Source of the DNA: a bacterium
Lineage (GTDB): Bacteria; Patescibacteriota; Patescibacteriia; SG8-24
Direction of reading: 5' to 3'
DNA: 64,000 nucleotides
NCBI GenBank assembly: GCA_021824285.1
Contig: JAKAKZ010000003.1
Span: 571 to 64,570 of the forward strand
Position 1 is the first letter of the stretch; each line of letters begins with the position of its first letter. The notes beneath the pieces are model-generated. The model had not been told where the DNA came from. It did not search any database and saw nothing but the letters and a program-made list of their open reading frames with translations. A program made the position numbers and the translations under genes. Below, in pieces: positions 8,710 to 16,813 of this stretch.

Positions 8710-8826
8710 ACTGGTGGGAGTTTGTAGTGTGAAGTGTGGAGTGTGAAGCGGCGGTGGTGGGGAGTTATTGAGCGTGGAGTTTGGGCTCCAAACTTCACGC
8801 TCCACGCTCCACGCTTCCGATAGGCT
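8710..8826 (-). promoter_or_regulatory. structured 117-nt leader between rpmI and rplT (possible L20 autoregulatory site)
   Basis: Unusually long rpmI-rplT spacer containing a hairpin (gcgtggagtttgg/ccaaacttcacgc) and GTGTGAAG/TGTGGAG tandem motifs. Confidence 0.3.
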
Positions 8827-9012
8827 TTACGCCTGGACCAGCTTCTTAATGGTCTTGGTGAAAGTCTCCGACATCTGGCGGTCGCGGCGCTTATTGCGGG
8901 TGACCTTACCGGATTCGCGGGAATTGAAATGGTCCTGGCCGGCGGCGCGCTTGAGCACCTTGCCCGACTTGGTGATCTTGAAACGCTTAGAAATGGCTTT
9001 GTGGGTCTTCAT
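8827..9012 (-). CDS. rpmI: 50S ribosomal protein L35
   Basis: MKTHKAISKRFKITKSGKVLKRAAGQDHFNS... is typical L35, 61 aa. Confidence 0.85.
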   Translation of the reverse strand: MKTHKAISKRFKITKSGKVLKRAAGQDHFNSRESGKVTRNKRRDRQMSETFTKTIKKLVQA

Positions 9013-9049
9013 ACTTGCTATATAGGCCGGGCAACCCGGTTCGGGGATA

Positions 9050-9598
9050 TTATGCCTTTCCGATGATGCTTGTCAACTGTCCGCCCATCCAGGTGATTGG
9101 CTGTTCGACCTTAACCGGCATGGTCTGGTTGACGTTGGCGATGAATTCGTTGATGACCTGGCGGGCGAGGTCGCCGTGCCGCTTTTCGCGGCCGCGCAGG
9201 ATGATCTCCACCTTGACCTTATCGCCGTCATCAAGGAACTTCATCGCCTGGTTTTTGCGCACCTCGATGTCGTGCGGGCCGATGCGGAGCGAGAGGCGGA
9301 CGCCCTTCACCTCCACGGACTTCTGGGAAGCCTTCTGCTTGCGCGCGGCCTTATCCTGCTCGAACTTCCATTTGCCGAACTCCACCATCTTGGCGAGCAT
9401 CGGTTCGGCCTTGGGTTGGATCACGACGAGGTCGAGGTCCTTCTCCATGGCGCGCTGGAGCGCTTCCTGGGTCGGAATCACACCCACATGCTCGCCGTTC
9501 TCGTCAAGCAGACGGACGGTGGCGGCCCGGATGTTTTCGTTCACCAGGTAGATGACGCGTACCGGCTTTGGTTTGAAGCGGCGGCGGGAGATGCGCAA
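9050..9598 (-). CDS. infC: translation initiation factor IF-3
   Basis: IRAATVRLLDENGEHVGVIPTQEAL...EVKGVRLSLRIGPHDIEVRK is a clear IF3 match. The true start is uncertain because IF3 commonly uses a non-ATG start; the region LRISRRRFKPKP is the likely N-terminus. Confidence 0.8.
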   Translation of the reverse strand: MRISRRRFKPKPVRVIYLVNENIRAATVRLLDENGEHVGVIPTQEALQRAMEKDLDLVVIQPKAEPMLAKMVEFGKWKFEQDKAARKQKASQKSVEVKGVRLSLRIGPHDIEVRKNQAMKFLDDGDKVKVEIILRGREKRHGDLARQVINEFIANVNQTMPVKVEQPITWMGGQLTSIIGKA

Positions 9599-9693
9599 GG
9601 CTGTGGAGATTAAATCGGCCGTCGGCCCTGGCGGGGCGGCCAATGATTAAACTGGGGCTATGTTACGCGATATTGCTTGAGTTGTAAAGAGGG

Positions 9694-9810
9694 GGTTGGC
9701 GGCTGGCGGTTAGAATAGTGATTAGCGGCTGGTGGTTAGTGATTTGTGATAAGTGTCTAGTGCTTTGCGTGATTTCCTAATAATAAGTTACCGGCCCCAC
9801 CAGCCACCAA
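9694..9810. repeat. REP-like intergenic repeats (GGCTGGYGGTTAG / CCACCAGCCACC)
   Basis: ggcggctggcggttag, gcggctggtggttagtgatttgtgat and ccccaccagccacc belong to the same family as 1672-1762 and 12219-12291. Confidence 0.5.
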
Positions 9811-9842
9811 TTATCCGACCCGCCCCTCCACTTTTCATCCGC

Positions 9843-9856
9843 TTTTATCTATAATA
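9843..9856 (+). promoter_or_regulatory. -10 box TATAAT only ~8 nt upstream of the ATG (leaderless mRNA candidate)
   Basis: ttttatctataatatcgccgtATG: TATAAT at 9850-9855 and ATG at 9864. Confidence 0.45.
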
Positions 9857-9863
9857 TCGCCGT

Positions 9864-11690
9864 ATGCCCGTGATTTCGCGGGAAAAATTGCGCGAATGGT
9901 GGCTGCCTGGCGCGGCTTTTTTGCTGACTTTTGCGGCTTATGTGGCCACCTTGCCGCGGACCGTTTCCTTTGAGGATAGCGCGGAATTCGTGACTGCGGC
10001 CGCCACGCTCGGGATTCCGCACGCTTCCGGCTATCCCTTATACGTGATTTTGGCGTGGCCCTTCGCGCATCTGCCGTTCGGGACGGTGCCCTGGCGCGTA
10101 GCGCTCTTCTCGGCCGTGGTCGCGGGTCTGACTGCGGCTTTCCTAACGTTTTTCGGACGACGGCTGGCGCGGCGCACCGTCGGCCACTGCACGCCCATGG
10201 CCGAGCTCGCGATTCTGGGAGCGGCCCTGCTGTTCGCCTATTCCGGATTGTGGTGGTCGCAGGCGATCTACGCCAAAGTGTATGTTCTGCATGTTCTGCT
10301 GTCCCTGGCGCTGGTGTACGTCGTTTGGCGATGGCTCGAAGAGCCGGAGCGCGGCCGTTGGACCGTCATCGCCGGACTTGTTCTGGCACTCTCATGGGCG
10401 AACCACCTGTTCCTCACCGCGGCACAGTTGCCGCTATTGGTGTTGGCCGTCGTTTTCGGGGCGGGGGACTGGCGGCGGGCCGTGCGCGGCGGACTGAAGG
10501 TTCTGGCCGTGTCGCTTATCGGTCTCGTGCCCTACGTCCTGCTTTTGGTGCGCGTGCCCACCTCGCCCTACGTTACGATTCCGCCGACTGATCTGCCGGA
10601 ACTTTTCCGTTACATGCTGCGGATGAATTACGCCGATATGGGAAGCGGCGGCGAACATCGGATGTGGCTTTTGACCGGCCTGCTGGGCCGCTGGGCCGCG
10701 GAACTCGGTCCGTTGGGAGTCGCTCTCTATCTCGGCGGTACGGTTGCCGTTTGGCGCGCACCGCAGCGCCAGAGGTTTATCGGAGTGCTGTTCGCCGGCG
10801 CCCTGCTCACGGATGTCCTTCTGGTCTTCGGCCGGAGTTTGGGCTGGAGTCCGACCGCCGAATACCTTTCTCGCGTGTATGGGCTCCAGGCCATCACACT
10901 CGGCTTTTTGTCGTCGGCCGTGGCCGTCGCCTGGCTGATCCGCCGGGCGGCTGGTCGCCGGCATCTGGAACTGGCTACGGTCGCCGGGCTCCTTACGCTC
11001 GCAGCCGCTTCCTGTTTCGGCAATTACTTCACGGTCGCTCCGTTCCGCGACGGTTTTGCCGAAAGATACGCACGCGCGATTATCGCGGACCTGCCGGATC
11101 GGGCCGTGCTGGTCGTGGCCGAGCGCGGCTACACGCACGATACTTTTCTATTCACCTTTTCGTACCTTCAGGCGGTCGAACGGTTACGGACCGACGTGAC
11201 GGTAATCCAGGATTCGGTCGAGCGGCCTCTGACGCGGCCGGCGCTTCCGGACGGCTACAGGCAGCTCTCCAAGGAGATGCGGCGGAAGTATCTGTTGCGG
11301 TCAGTTTTGGCGGATGCGCGTTGGGACGGCCGGCCCGTGTTCGCGACCTTCGTGCCCGAGGTGTACGACGATGGCGTTCCTGCCGCGGACGGCCTGGTCT
11401 ATGCGGTACGTTGCGGCAAAGACTGCGGCTGGAAGCGCGGGAATGCTGTCCCGCCGGAGCCGCCGGCCGATGATGTGGTGTTCGGTCAGCCGGCCTTGTC
11501 CGAGATCGTCTCCCACCTGCTTTATGCCGAAGCGGCAGCCGCCGTCGAGGCCGGAGATGACCGTCGGGCAGCACGCCTGACTGCGGAAGCGATCGCCGTC
11601 GACATCGAACCGATGAGCCTCGACTATCAGTCCCTGGTCCGCTACCGGTTCCTGGTCAGCGGGGCCGCCCGGAAGTCGGGGGAGCGCTAG
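9864..11690 (+). CDS. DUF2723/TMEM260-like GT-C fold membrane glycosyltransferase (putative protein O-mannosyltransferase-like)
   Basis: N-terminal FEDSAEF...GIPHASGYPLY motifs are typical of DUF2723. ~11 TM helices, with a C-terminal soluble region. Confidence 0.6.
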   Translation: MPVISREKLREWWLPGAAFLLTFAAYVATLPRTVSFEDSAEFVTAAATLGIPHASGYPLYVILAWPFAHLPFGTVPWRVALFSAVVAGLTAAFLTFFGRRLARRTVGHCTPMAELAILGAALLFAYSGLWWSQAIYAKVYVLHVLLSLALVYVVWRWLEEPERGRWTVIAGLVLALSWANHLFLTAAQLPLLVLAVVFGAGDWRRAVRGGLKVLAVSLIGLVPYVLLLVRVPTSPYVTIPPTDLPELFRYMLRMNYADMGSGGEHRMWLLTGLLGRWAAELGPLGVALYLGGTVAVWRAPQRQRFIGVLFAGALLTDVLLVFGRSLGWSPTAEYLSRVYGLQAITLGFLSSAVAVAWLIRRAAGRRHLELATVAGLLTLAAASCFGNYFTVAPFRDGFAERYARAIIADLPDRAVLVVAERGYTHDTFLFTFSYLQAVERLRTDVTVIQDSVERPLTRPALPDGYRQLSKEMRRKYLLRSVLADARWDGRPVFATFVPEVYDDGVPAADGLVYAVRCGKDCGWKRGNAVPPEPPADDVVFGQPALSEIVSHLLYAEAAAAVEAGDDRRAARLTAEAIAVDIEPMSLDYQSLVRYRFLVSGAARKSGER

Positions 11691-11710
11691 GCCGTTATCG
11701 TTCCGCAGAC

Positions 11711-11723
11711 ATCTGCTATATTG
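11711..11723 (+). promoter_or_regulatory. extended -10 (TGCTATATT) for smpB-ssrA
   Basis: catctgctatattg. It overlaps the ORF-track TTG start at 11721, which is therefore unlikely. Confidence 0.45.
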
Positions 11724-11771
11724 TTTCTGTCGGCTTTATTCCGTCGATCTTATCAGTTAGTCAGCACGTCC

Positions 11772-12215
11772 GTGCCAGTCCTCACCGTCAACAAGAAAGC
11801 CCGCCACGATTACGATATCCTGGAGACGCTCGAGGTCGGTATTCAGTTGGAAGGGCAGGAGGTCAAATCTGTGCGCGCCGGGCGTATGGGACTTTTGGGC
11901 TCTTACGTGACGATTCGCCAAGGCCAGGCGTGGTTACTGAACGCCCACGTTCCGAAGTATCCGCAGGCCGGTCCGCTGCCGGGCTATGATCCGTACCGCA
12001 CGCGCCGTCTGCTCCTGCACCGTCGCGAGGTGGCCCGGCTCATGGGCCGGCTGGAGACCAAGGGATTGACCCTGGTACCGCTTTCGGTCTATACTAAGCG
12101 GTCTCTGATCAAGCTGGAGATCGGCTTGGGACGGGGCAAGACTCAATACGAAAAACGCGACAGCATCAAGAAGCGCGATCTGGACCGCGAGGTCAGGAGA
12201 GCGCTGAAGTTGTAG
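11772..12215 (+). CDS. smpB: SsrA-binding protein SmpB
   Basis: VNKKARHDYDILETLEVGIQLEGQEVKSVRAG... is SmpB. The probable GTG start at ~11772 lies downstream of the promoter; the exact start is uncertain. Confidence 0.85.
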   Translation: MPVLTVNKKARHDYDILETLEVGIQLEGQEVKSVRAGRMGLLGSYVTIRQGQAWLLNAHVPKYPQAGPLPGYDPYRTRRLLLHRREVARLMGRLETKGLTLVPLSVYTKRSLIKLEIGLGRGKTQYEKRDSIKKRDLDREVRRALKL

Positions 12216-12218
12216 CGG

Positions 12219-12291
12219 GTGATTAGTGGTTAGTGATTGGTGACTGGTGGAAAGATCCACTAGCCACCAGCCACTAATCACCAGTCACTAT
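12219..12291. repeat. REP-like long inverted repeat between smpB and ssrA
   Basis: gtgattagtggttagtgattggtgactggtgg ... ccaccagccactaatcaccagtcactatc. No T-tract follows, so it is not a typical terminator. Confidence 0.55.
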
Positions 12292-12296
12292 CATAC

Positions 12297-12693
12297 GGGG
12301 ATGCCAGGCATCGACGGGGGATCTTTTCACGCCACGCAAGCCGAGCATGTCCGACGTCTCGTTAAACCGCGGACGAATGATCAAGTGCCAACTTGCTCAA
12401 TCGGGTGAAGAACGCGGTGGCCAACGCCTTCGCGCCTTCATTCGCTCCGGCTTTCGCCTAAGCGCGTAAGCCCATCCGTCCGGCCGATGTCCGATAGGTC
12501 GGGTGCGGGTGTCATTTTTCGGACAGAGCCGCGGCGTTTCTCCTGCGCCGGGGCCGACTCATGGCAGGGGATAGGGAAGCCGGATTTCGGCCGATTACCA
12601 CCGGATTCCCGAAATACCTGAACCGGCCTACGCTTGTACACGTGTCGTGAACCGGCCCACCGGACGGGAGTTCGATTCTCCCCATCTCCACCA
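12297..12693 (+). ncRNA. ssrA: tmRNA (ssrA), standard one-piece
   Basis: 5' GGGGATG pairs with 3' CATCTCC before ACCA, including the G3-U pair. The 3' end GGACGGGAGTTCGATTCTCCCCATCTCCACCA is a tRNA-like T-arm. An in-frame tag reading frame ends ...ANAFAPSFAPAFA-TAA. The gene is adjacent to smpB. Confidence 0.85.
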
Positions 12694-12724
12694 AAAAACA
12701 CCCAGCCGCGCTGGGTGTTTTTTG
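12694..12724 (+). terminator. terminator after tmRNA
   Basis: acacccagc-cgc-gctgggtgt followed by tttttt. Confidence 0.75.
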
Positions 12725-12840
12725 CAGCAGTTGAAAGTCATCGTCGGCAACTCTCAACTTTTCCCGCCGTTGGCGGGACCCCGCCCTCTTTGACTAAATA
12801 TGAGTGGCGGGGAAACTCTAAACTTTTAACCGCCCGATTG
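12724..12840. repeat. MITE-like element copy A (62-nt core 12755-12816 with AGTTGA-type inverted flanks)
   Basis: Core caacttttcccgccgttggcgggaccccgccctctttgactaaatatgagtggcggggaaac is near-identical to 47486-47547. Flanks are agttgaaagt...caactctcaac / tctaaacttttaacc. Confidence 0.6.
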
Positions 12841-12879
12841 ACCCCACCCCCGAGGCGCTGATATCATTGAAATAATCAT

Positions 12880-13341
12880 ATGTTCAGCAAAAAAACCGGT
12901 CATTCGGTCTGGGACAAGTTCTTGATTCTGGGTGTTTTTGTCTCTTTTGTCGGTGCGGGCTTTCTCTATATAGGCATATTGCTGTGGCGGTCTTCGCGTT
13001 CCCCGGCGGCCGCGCCGGCCATCGCTGTCACCTCTGGCCCCTCGAGCGATGAGTATCGGGCCGACTGCCGCGATATAGCGGCGCCCTTCCTGCGGCAGGC
13101 ATCGGCCGTCAACCCGGCGCAGATCGGCGTCGTCGGGCCGGAACTCGCCAAACTTGCCGAGGCTACCCGCCAGCGGCTGATGCGCCTGCGCGTGCCGGCA
13201 CCTGACCGCGACGCGCACCTGCGCCTCATCCTGCTGCTCGATGAGTGGAAAAGGGCCGCCGTCGGCTCCGCGGATGAGGCGGCTTCGGCCACGGCCCACA
13301 CCGCTGACCTGCTGGATTCTTTCCACTGGCTGTCGCGCTAG
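12880..13341 (+). CDS. hypothetical membrane-anchored protein
   Basis: N-terminal TM helix (FLILGVFVSFVGAGFLYIGILLW) followed by a soluble domain. Confidence 0.5.
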   Translation: MFSKKTGHSVWDKFLILGVFVSFVGAGFLYIGILLWRSSRSPAAAPAIAVTSGPSSDEYRADCRDIAAPFLRQASAVNPAQIGVVGPELAKLAEATRQRLMRLRVPAPDRDAHLRLILLLDEWKRAAVGSADEAASATAHTADLLDSFHWLSR

Positions 13342-13350
13342 CTGCTCCAT

Positions 13351-14079
13351 ATGACGGTTGTGGAACGCCATGATCAGGCGGAACGGGAGGCAATCCGTGA
13401 TGAGGTCCGCGCCGAGATGGCGCAGGAGAAGCACTCGCGGCAACTGAAAGGGTGCGGTTGCGCGCTCCTGGCTTTCGCCGTCCTCATCGGCGCGCCGATC
13501 GGCCTGACCATCTGGGTCATCGCCAAGAGCGGCTTCATCGAGATTCCGGTATTGTCTGATTTGGTCTACCGCCCGCCCGCCCCGGTCCGCCAAGTGGTGC
13601 CGCTCGTCGGGACGGATGCCGAGACCATCGCCAAGTCGCTGGCCGCCACGGCCAAACCAGGTTCGGCCTCCGGAACTGCGGAAATCACGGTTTCCGAACA
13701 GGAACTCACCACTTTCTTGGCGGCCGCGGTCCAGTCCGGCGATTTGCCTCAATTGCCGTTGGCGGGCAAGATCACGTCGGCGCAGGCGGCTATCGATCCG
13801 GATTTCATCGAGATTTATCTTTCGGCCGCGATGGCCAACGGTCAGCCGCAGCCGATCATCCTACGCGTCCTGCCGACGGTAGTGTCTGGCCAGCTCAATT
13901 TCCGGGTCAAAGAAGCCGTCCTCGGCTCCTTTCCTCTCCCGGCTGCCATTTTCGAACCGCTGCTCAACAAGGCCGCGGCCTCCGCCATGGCGCGCATGTC
14001 CGGTACTGGCGGCGCGGTCCTGACGGCCATCAGGCTGACTTCAGGACACATGACCCTCGTCTTCGCCGCCGCCCGCTGA
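13351..14079 (+). CDS. hypothetical membrane-anchored protein
   Basis: TM helix ALLAFAVLIGAPIGLTIWVIA followed by an extracytoplasmic domain. Tightly spaced with its neighbours. Confidence 0.5.
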   Translation: MTVVERHDQAEREAIRDEVRAEMAQEKHSRQLKGCGCALLAFAVLIGAPIGLTIWVIAKSGFIEIPVLSDLVYRPPAPVRQVVPLVGTDAETIAKSLAATAKPGSASGTAEITVSEQELTTFLAAAVQSGDLPQLPLAGKITSAQAAIDPDFIEIYLSAAMANGQPQPIILRVLPTVVSGQLNFRVKEAVLGSFPLPAAIFEPLLNKAAASAMARMSGTGGAVLTAIRLTSGHMTLVFAAAR

Positions 14080-14085
14080 TTCCTT

Positions 14086-14877
14086 ATGTATTCCATTGCC
14101 CGCTGGTTCGCCAACGCCTCGTCCGTGCTCGTCGCGGCCGCTTTTTTCGTTGCGCCCCAGGTCGCGGTACGGTTTCCTGACGAAAAGGGTCTGGTGCTTT
14201 CTTGCGTCGCCGCCGGCATCGCGCTTCTGGCCCTTTCCGCCGGTCTGGCTTCGGCCTCGCGTCTGCCTTTTGCCGGTGCCCTGCGCCTGGCCACGGCTCC
14301 GGCCCTGTTCGCCGTCGCCGGCTTCGGCTGTTTCCTGATTGTCGGTTCGGAATTGCCGCGCCTCGCCGTAGCGACCGTCGTGGGCGCGATACTGGTGCTG
14401 TACTTTTCTCAGTTGGAGATGGCGATGCCGTGGGTCGCCAAGGTCAGTATGGGGCAGTTCCTGCACCTGCTGCATGCCGTGCACACCATGACCGTCTTTT
14501 TTGCCTTCGCTTTCGCCTACGGCATCATCCAATATTCCGATATCCCGACTTGGGTGATGGCGCTCGCCATGACCGTGCTCACGGGCACGGTAGCCTGGCA
14601 GACTCTGCCGTTCGCCGAAGCCTCCGATGACCGGCTGGTCCGGCCCGTATTGGCAGCGGCTTTCGCGCTGATCGGCGGCCAGCTCTATCTCGCATTCTCT
14701 TTCTTGCCCACGCTTTGGACGGTGAATGCCGCTTCCGCCGCGGTGCTCTGCGCCGTGTCACTGCATATCTGCCGGCAGATCGCCGACGGTGATGCGGTGC
14801 CGGTCCGGAACCGGCGCGATCTGGCCGTGGCCGTAGCTCTCGTCATGCTGGTCCTCGGGACCGCTCGTTGGAATTGA
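14086..14877 (+). CDS. hypothetical polytopic membrane protein
   Basis: Six or more predicted hydrophobic helices. No family recognised. Confidence 0.5.
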   Translation: MYSIARWFANASSVLVAAAFFVAPQVAVRFPDEKGLVLSCVAAGIALLALSAGLASASRLPFAGALRLATAPALFAVAGFGCFLIVGSELPRLAVATVVGAILVLYFSQLEMAMPWVAKVSMGQFLHLLHAVHTMTVFFAFAFAYGIIQYSDIPTWVMALAMTVLTGTVAWQTLPFAEASDDRLVRPVLAAAFALIGGQLYLAFSFLPTLWTVNAASAAVLCAVSLHICRQIADGDAVPVRNRRDLAVAVALVMLVLGTARWN

Positions 14878-14880
14878 TAT

Positions 14881-16023
14881 ATGAGTTTTTTCAGCAAAAA
14901 ACCGCAGTTCGACATCTCGCCAGTAATCCTGTCCGTGCTCTTGGGCCTGTTATCCGGAGTCGTCGGCATGCTTTACGCTTCGGCGTATCTGGTGCCGGAG
15001 AATCCGACGTCCGGCAGTATCGTGCAGCAGGTCCGGATCGCGCGTACGCCGGCGGCCAACGATGACCGTCCGGAATGGGCTGATATACGGCTGGAATCCG
15101 TGACCCGCTCCACGGCCGTCCTTTATCGCAGCCTGCCGCCGGGCGGCGGCGCGCTCGCCGGGGCTTTCGTGCCAGGTGAGGCCATCGGTGCCGCTTCGGT
15201 GCTGACTTCCGACGGTTGGCTGATCACCCACGAGTCGGCGTTGGGCGGCGCGGACCGCGGCGCGAACGTCTTCGTGAGCGTCAACGGACGGGCTTATCCG
15301 GTGCGTGCTTACCTTGTCGATCCTTACAGCGGCGTCGCGTTTCTCCGGGTCAACGCCACCAACCTGCCCGTGACCTCTTTCGGCGATGATGCCCGGGTCC
15401 GCGCCGGCGACATGCTTTTCGCGGTCGATGCCGCCGCCGGCCTGCACCGTCTGGAGATGACCGGAGCCGGTGAACGGCCGGCGACCAAGACCGATGAATA
15501 CGTGGTTTCCTCGGAGAAGATCGGCACGGTATTAAGGACGGCCGATGTCGGCGCGATCCTGCCCGGGTCTCCGGTCGTAGGTTCGGACGGCGGGACAGTC
15601 GGCATCTACGCCGGCAAGTCCGCCCTTGGAGGCTATCTGATACCTCTGTCTTCTTTTTTCAGCCAGATCGCTTCCGTGCTCCGCGACCAGAGAGTCCTGC
15701 GTCCGGCTCTCGGGGTGCATTATGTCGACCTGTCGCGTGTCGCTGACCTTTCAGCCGACGGCAGCGGCCAGCGTCGCGGTGCCCAGCTCCAGGGAACGGC
15801 AGACGGCAAGTATCCGGCCGTGGCCCGCCGCAGCGCGGCCGAGAACGCCGGCCTGCGGGCAGGCGATATCATCACTTCCGTCGGAGACGAGGAAGTCAGC
15901 GCCAAGCGCGCATTGGCCGATATCCTGGTCGAGTATGATTCCGGGGCGGCCGTAACCCTCAAGGTCCTGCGAGGCGGCACAGAGCGGAGCGTCAACGTGA
16001 TTTTGGGCCAGTCCGCGCCTTAG
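14881..16023 (+). CDS. HtrA/DegP-like protein with C-terminal PDZ domain (catalytic motif uncertain)
   Basis: N-terminal TM anchor, trypsin-like core (ITHESA..., ...GSPVVGSDGGTVGIY) and a PDZ-like C-terminus (AGLRAGDIITSVGDEEV...VTLKVLRGG). The canonical GNSGGP Ser motif is not clearly present. Confidence 0.5.
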   Translation: MSFFSKKPQFDISPVILSVLLGLLSGVVGMLYASAYLVPENPTSGSIVQQVRIARTPAANDDRPEWADIRLESVTRSTAVLYRSLPPGGGALAGAFVPGEAIGAASVLTSDGWLITHESALGGADRGANVFVSVNGRAYPVRAYLVDPYSGVAFLRVNATNLPVTSFGDDARVRAGDMLFAVDAAAGLHRLEMTGAGERPATKTDEYVVSSEKIGTVLRTADVGAILPGSPVVGSDGGTVGIYAGKSALGGYLIPLSSFFSQIASVLRDQRVLRPALGVHYVDLSRVADLSADGSGQRRGAQLQGTADGKYPAVARRSAAENAGLRAGDIITSVGDEEVSAKRALADILVEYDSGAAVTLKVLRGGTERSVNVILGQSAP

Positions 16024-16032
16024 CCATCCATC

Positions 16033-16061
16033 TTGACAGAAGTCGTTTTTTCTGCTATAGT
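16033..16061 (+). promoter_or_regulatory. sigma70-type promoter TTGACA-N17-TGcTATAGT
   Basis: tcTTGACAgaagtcgttttttcTGCTATAGTgagc, upstream of the Wzz-like gene. Confidence 0.65.
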
Positions 16062-16082
16062 GAGCCGTTATCTCGCATAAAT

Positions 16083-16721
16083 ATGCATGAGTTACCGTTG
16101 GGAAATATCATTTGGAAAAACGCGGGCCGCATTCTGCTGGTCGGTTTGGTGTCGGCCGTCGCCGGTGCCGGGTTGAGCCTGCTTTTCCCGCTCCGCTACA
16201 GCTCGACGATGCGGCTCCTGATCATCCAGAAGCAGCTTTCTGAAGCCGATCCCTACACGGCGATGAAGGCCTCGGAGCGCATCTCCGACAATCTCGGTCA
16301 GATCATCTACACCACGTCGTTCTTCGGTAAGGTGATGGACGACAAGTACAACATCGACAAGTCCATCTTCAGCACCGACGAAATCAAGCGGCGCCGCCAG
16401 TGGTCGGACATGATCGCCACCTCGGTTATCCGCGGCACCGGCATGCTGCAGGTCACGGTCTACCACAAGGATCCGGCGCAGGCGAAACTGATCTCGCAGG
16501 CCGTGGCTAACGTGCTGATCAGCGAAGGTTGGACCTACGTCGGCGGCGGCGATCTGCAGATCAAGCTGGTGGATGAGCCGCTCCTGTCGCGCTGGCCGGT
16601 GAAGCCCAATATTCCGATCAACGCCTTCATGGGACTGGTGCTCGGAGTGCTGGCTGGAGCCGGCCGGTCCATCGCCGAGGCTCGGCGCAAGAACGTCTTC
16701 AGCCTTCCCACCTCCCTTTGA
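16083..16721 (+). CDS. Wzz/polysaccharide co-polymerase-like chain-length determinant protein
   Basis: N-terminal TM helix, periplasmic domain and C-terminal TM (PINAFMGLVLGVLAGAG) with a basic tail give PCP-like topology. Confidence 0.5.
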   Translation: MHELPLGNIIWKNAGRILLVGLVSAVAGAGLSLLFPLRYSSTMRLLIIQKQLSEADPYTAMKASERISDNLGQIIYTTSFFGKVMDDKYNIDKSIFSTDEIKRRRQWSDMIATSVIRGTGMLQVTVYHKDPAQAKLISQAVANVLISEGWTYVGGGDLQIKLVDEPLLSRWPVKPNIPINAFMGLVLGVLAGAGRSIAEARRKNVFSLPTSL

Positions 16722-16728
16722 TAGAAAG

Positions 16729-16762
16729 GAAAAATGCCCAAACGGGCATTTTTCTTTTGTTT
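16729..16762 (+). terminator. rho-independent terminator
   Basis: aaaaatgcccaaacgggcatttttcttttgtttt. Confidence 0.8.
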
Positions 16763-16784
16763 TATGTGCCCATGCGCGGCTGGA

Positions 16785-16813
16785 TTGACAGATAGCAATT
16801 TTTCTGCTATATT
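16785..16813 (+). promoter_or_regulatory. sigma70-type promoter TTGACA-N17-TGcTATATT
   Basis: gaTTGACAgatagcaatttttcTGCTATATTtagc. The downstream leader resembles that at 16062-16080 (agcYgttMtctcgcaWa). Confidence 0.65.

Noticed and set aside
12634-12861. 75-aa ORF spanning the tmRNA 3' end and the MITE-like element (and 47531-47968 ORF over MITE copy B)
   Set aside because: It overlaps an RNA gene, a terminator and a repeated non-coding element. The reading frame is not conserved between the two MITE copies.
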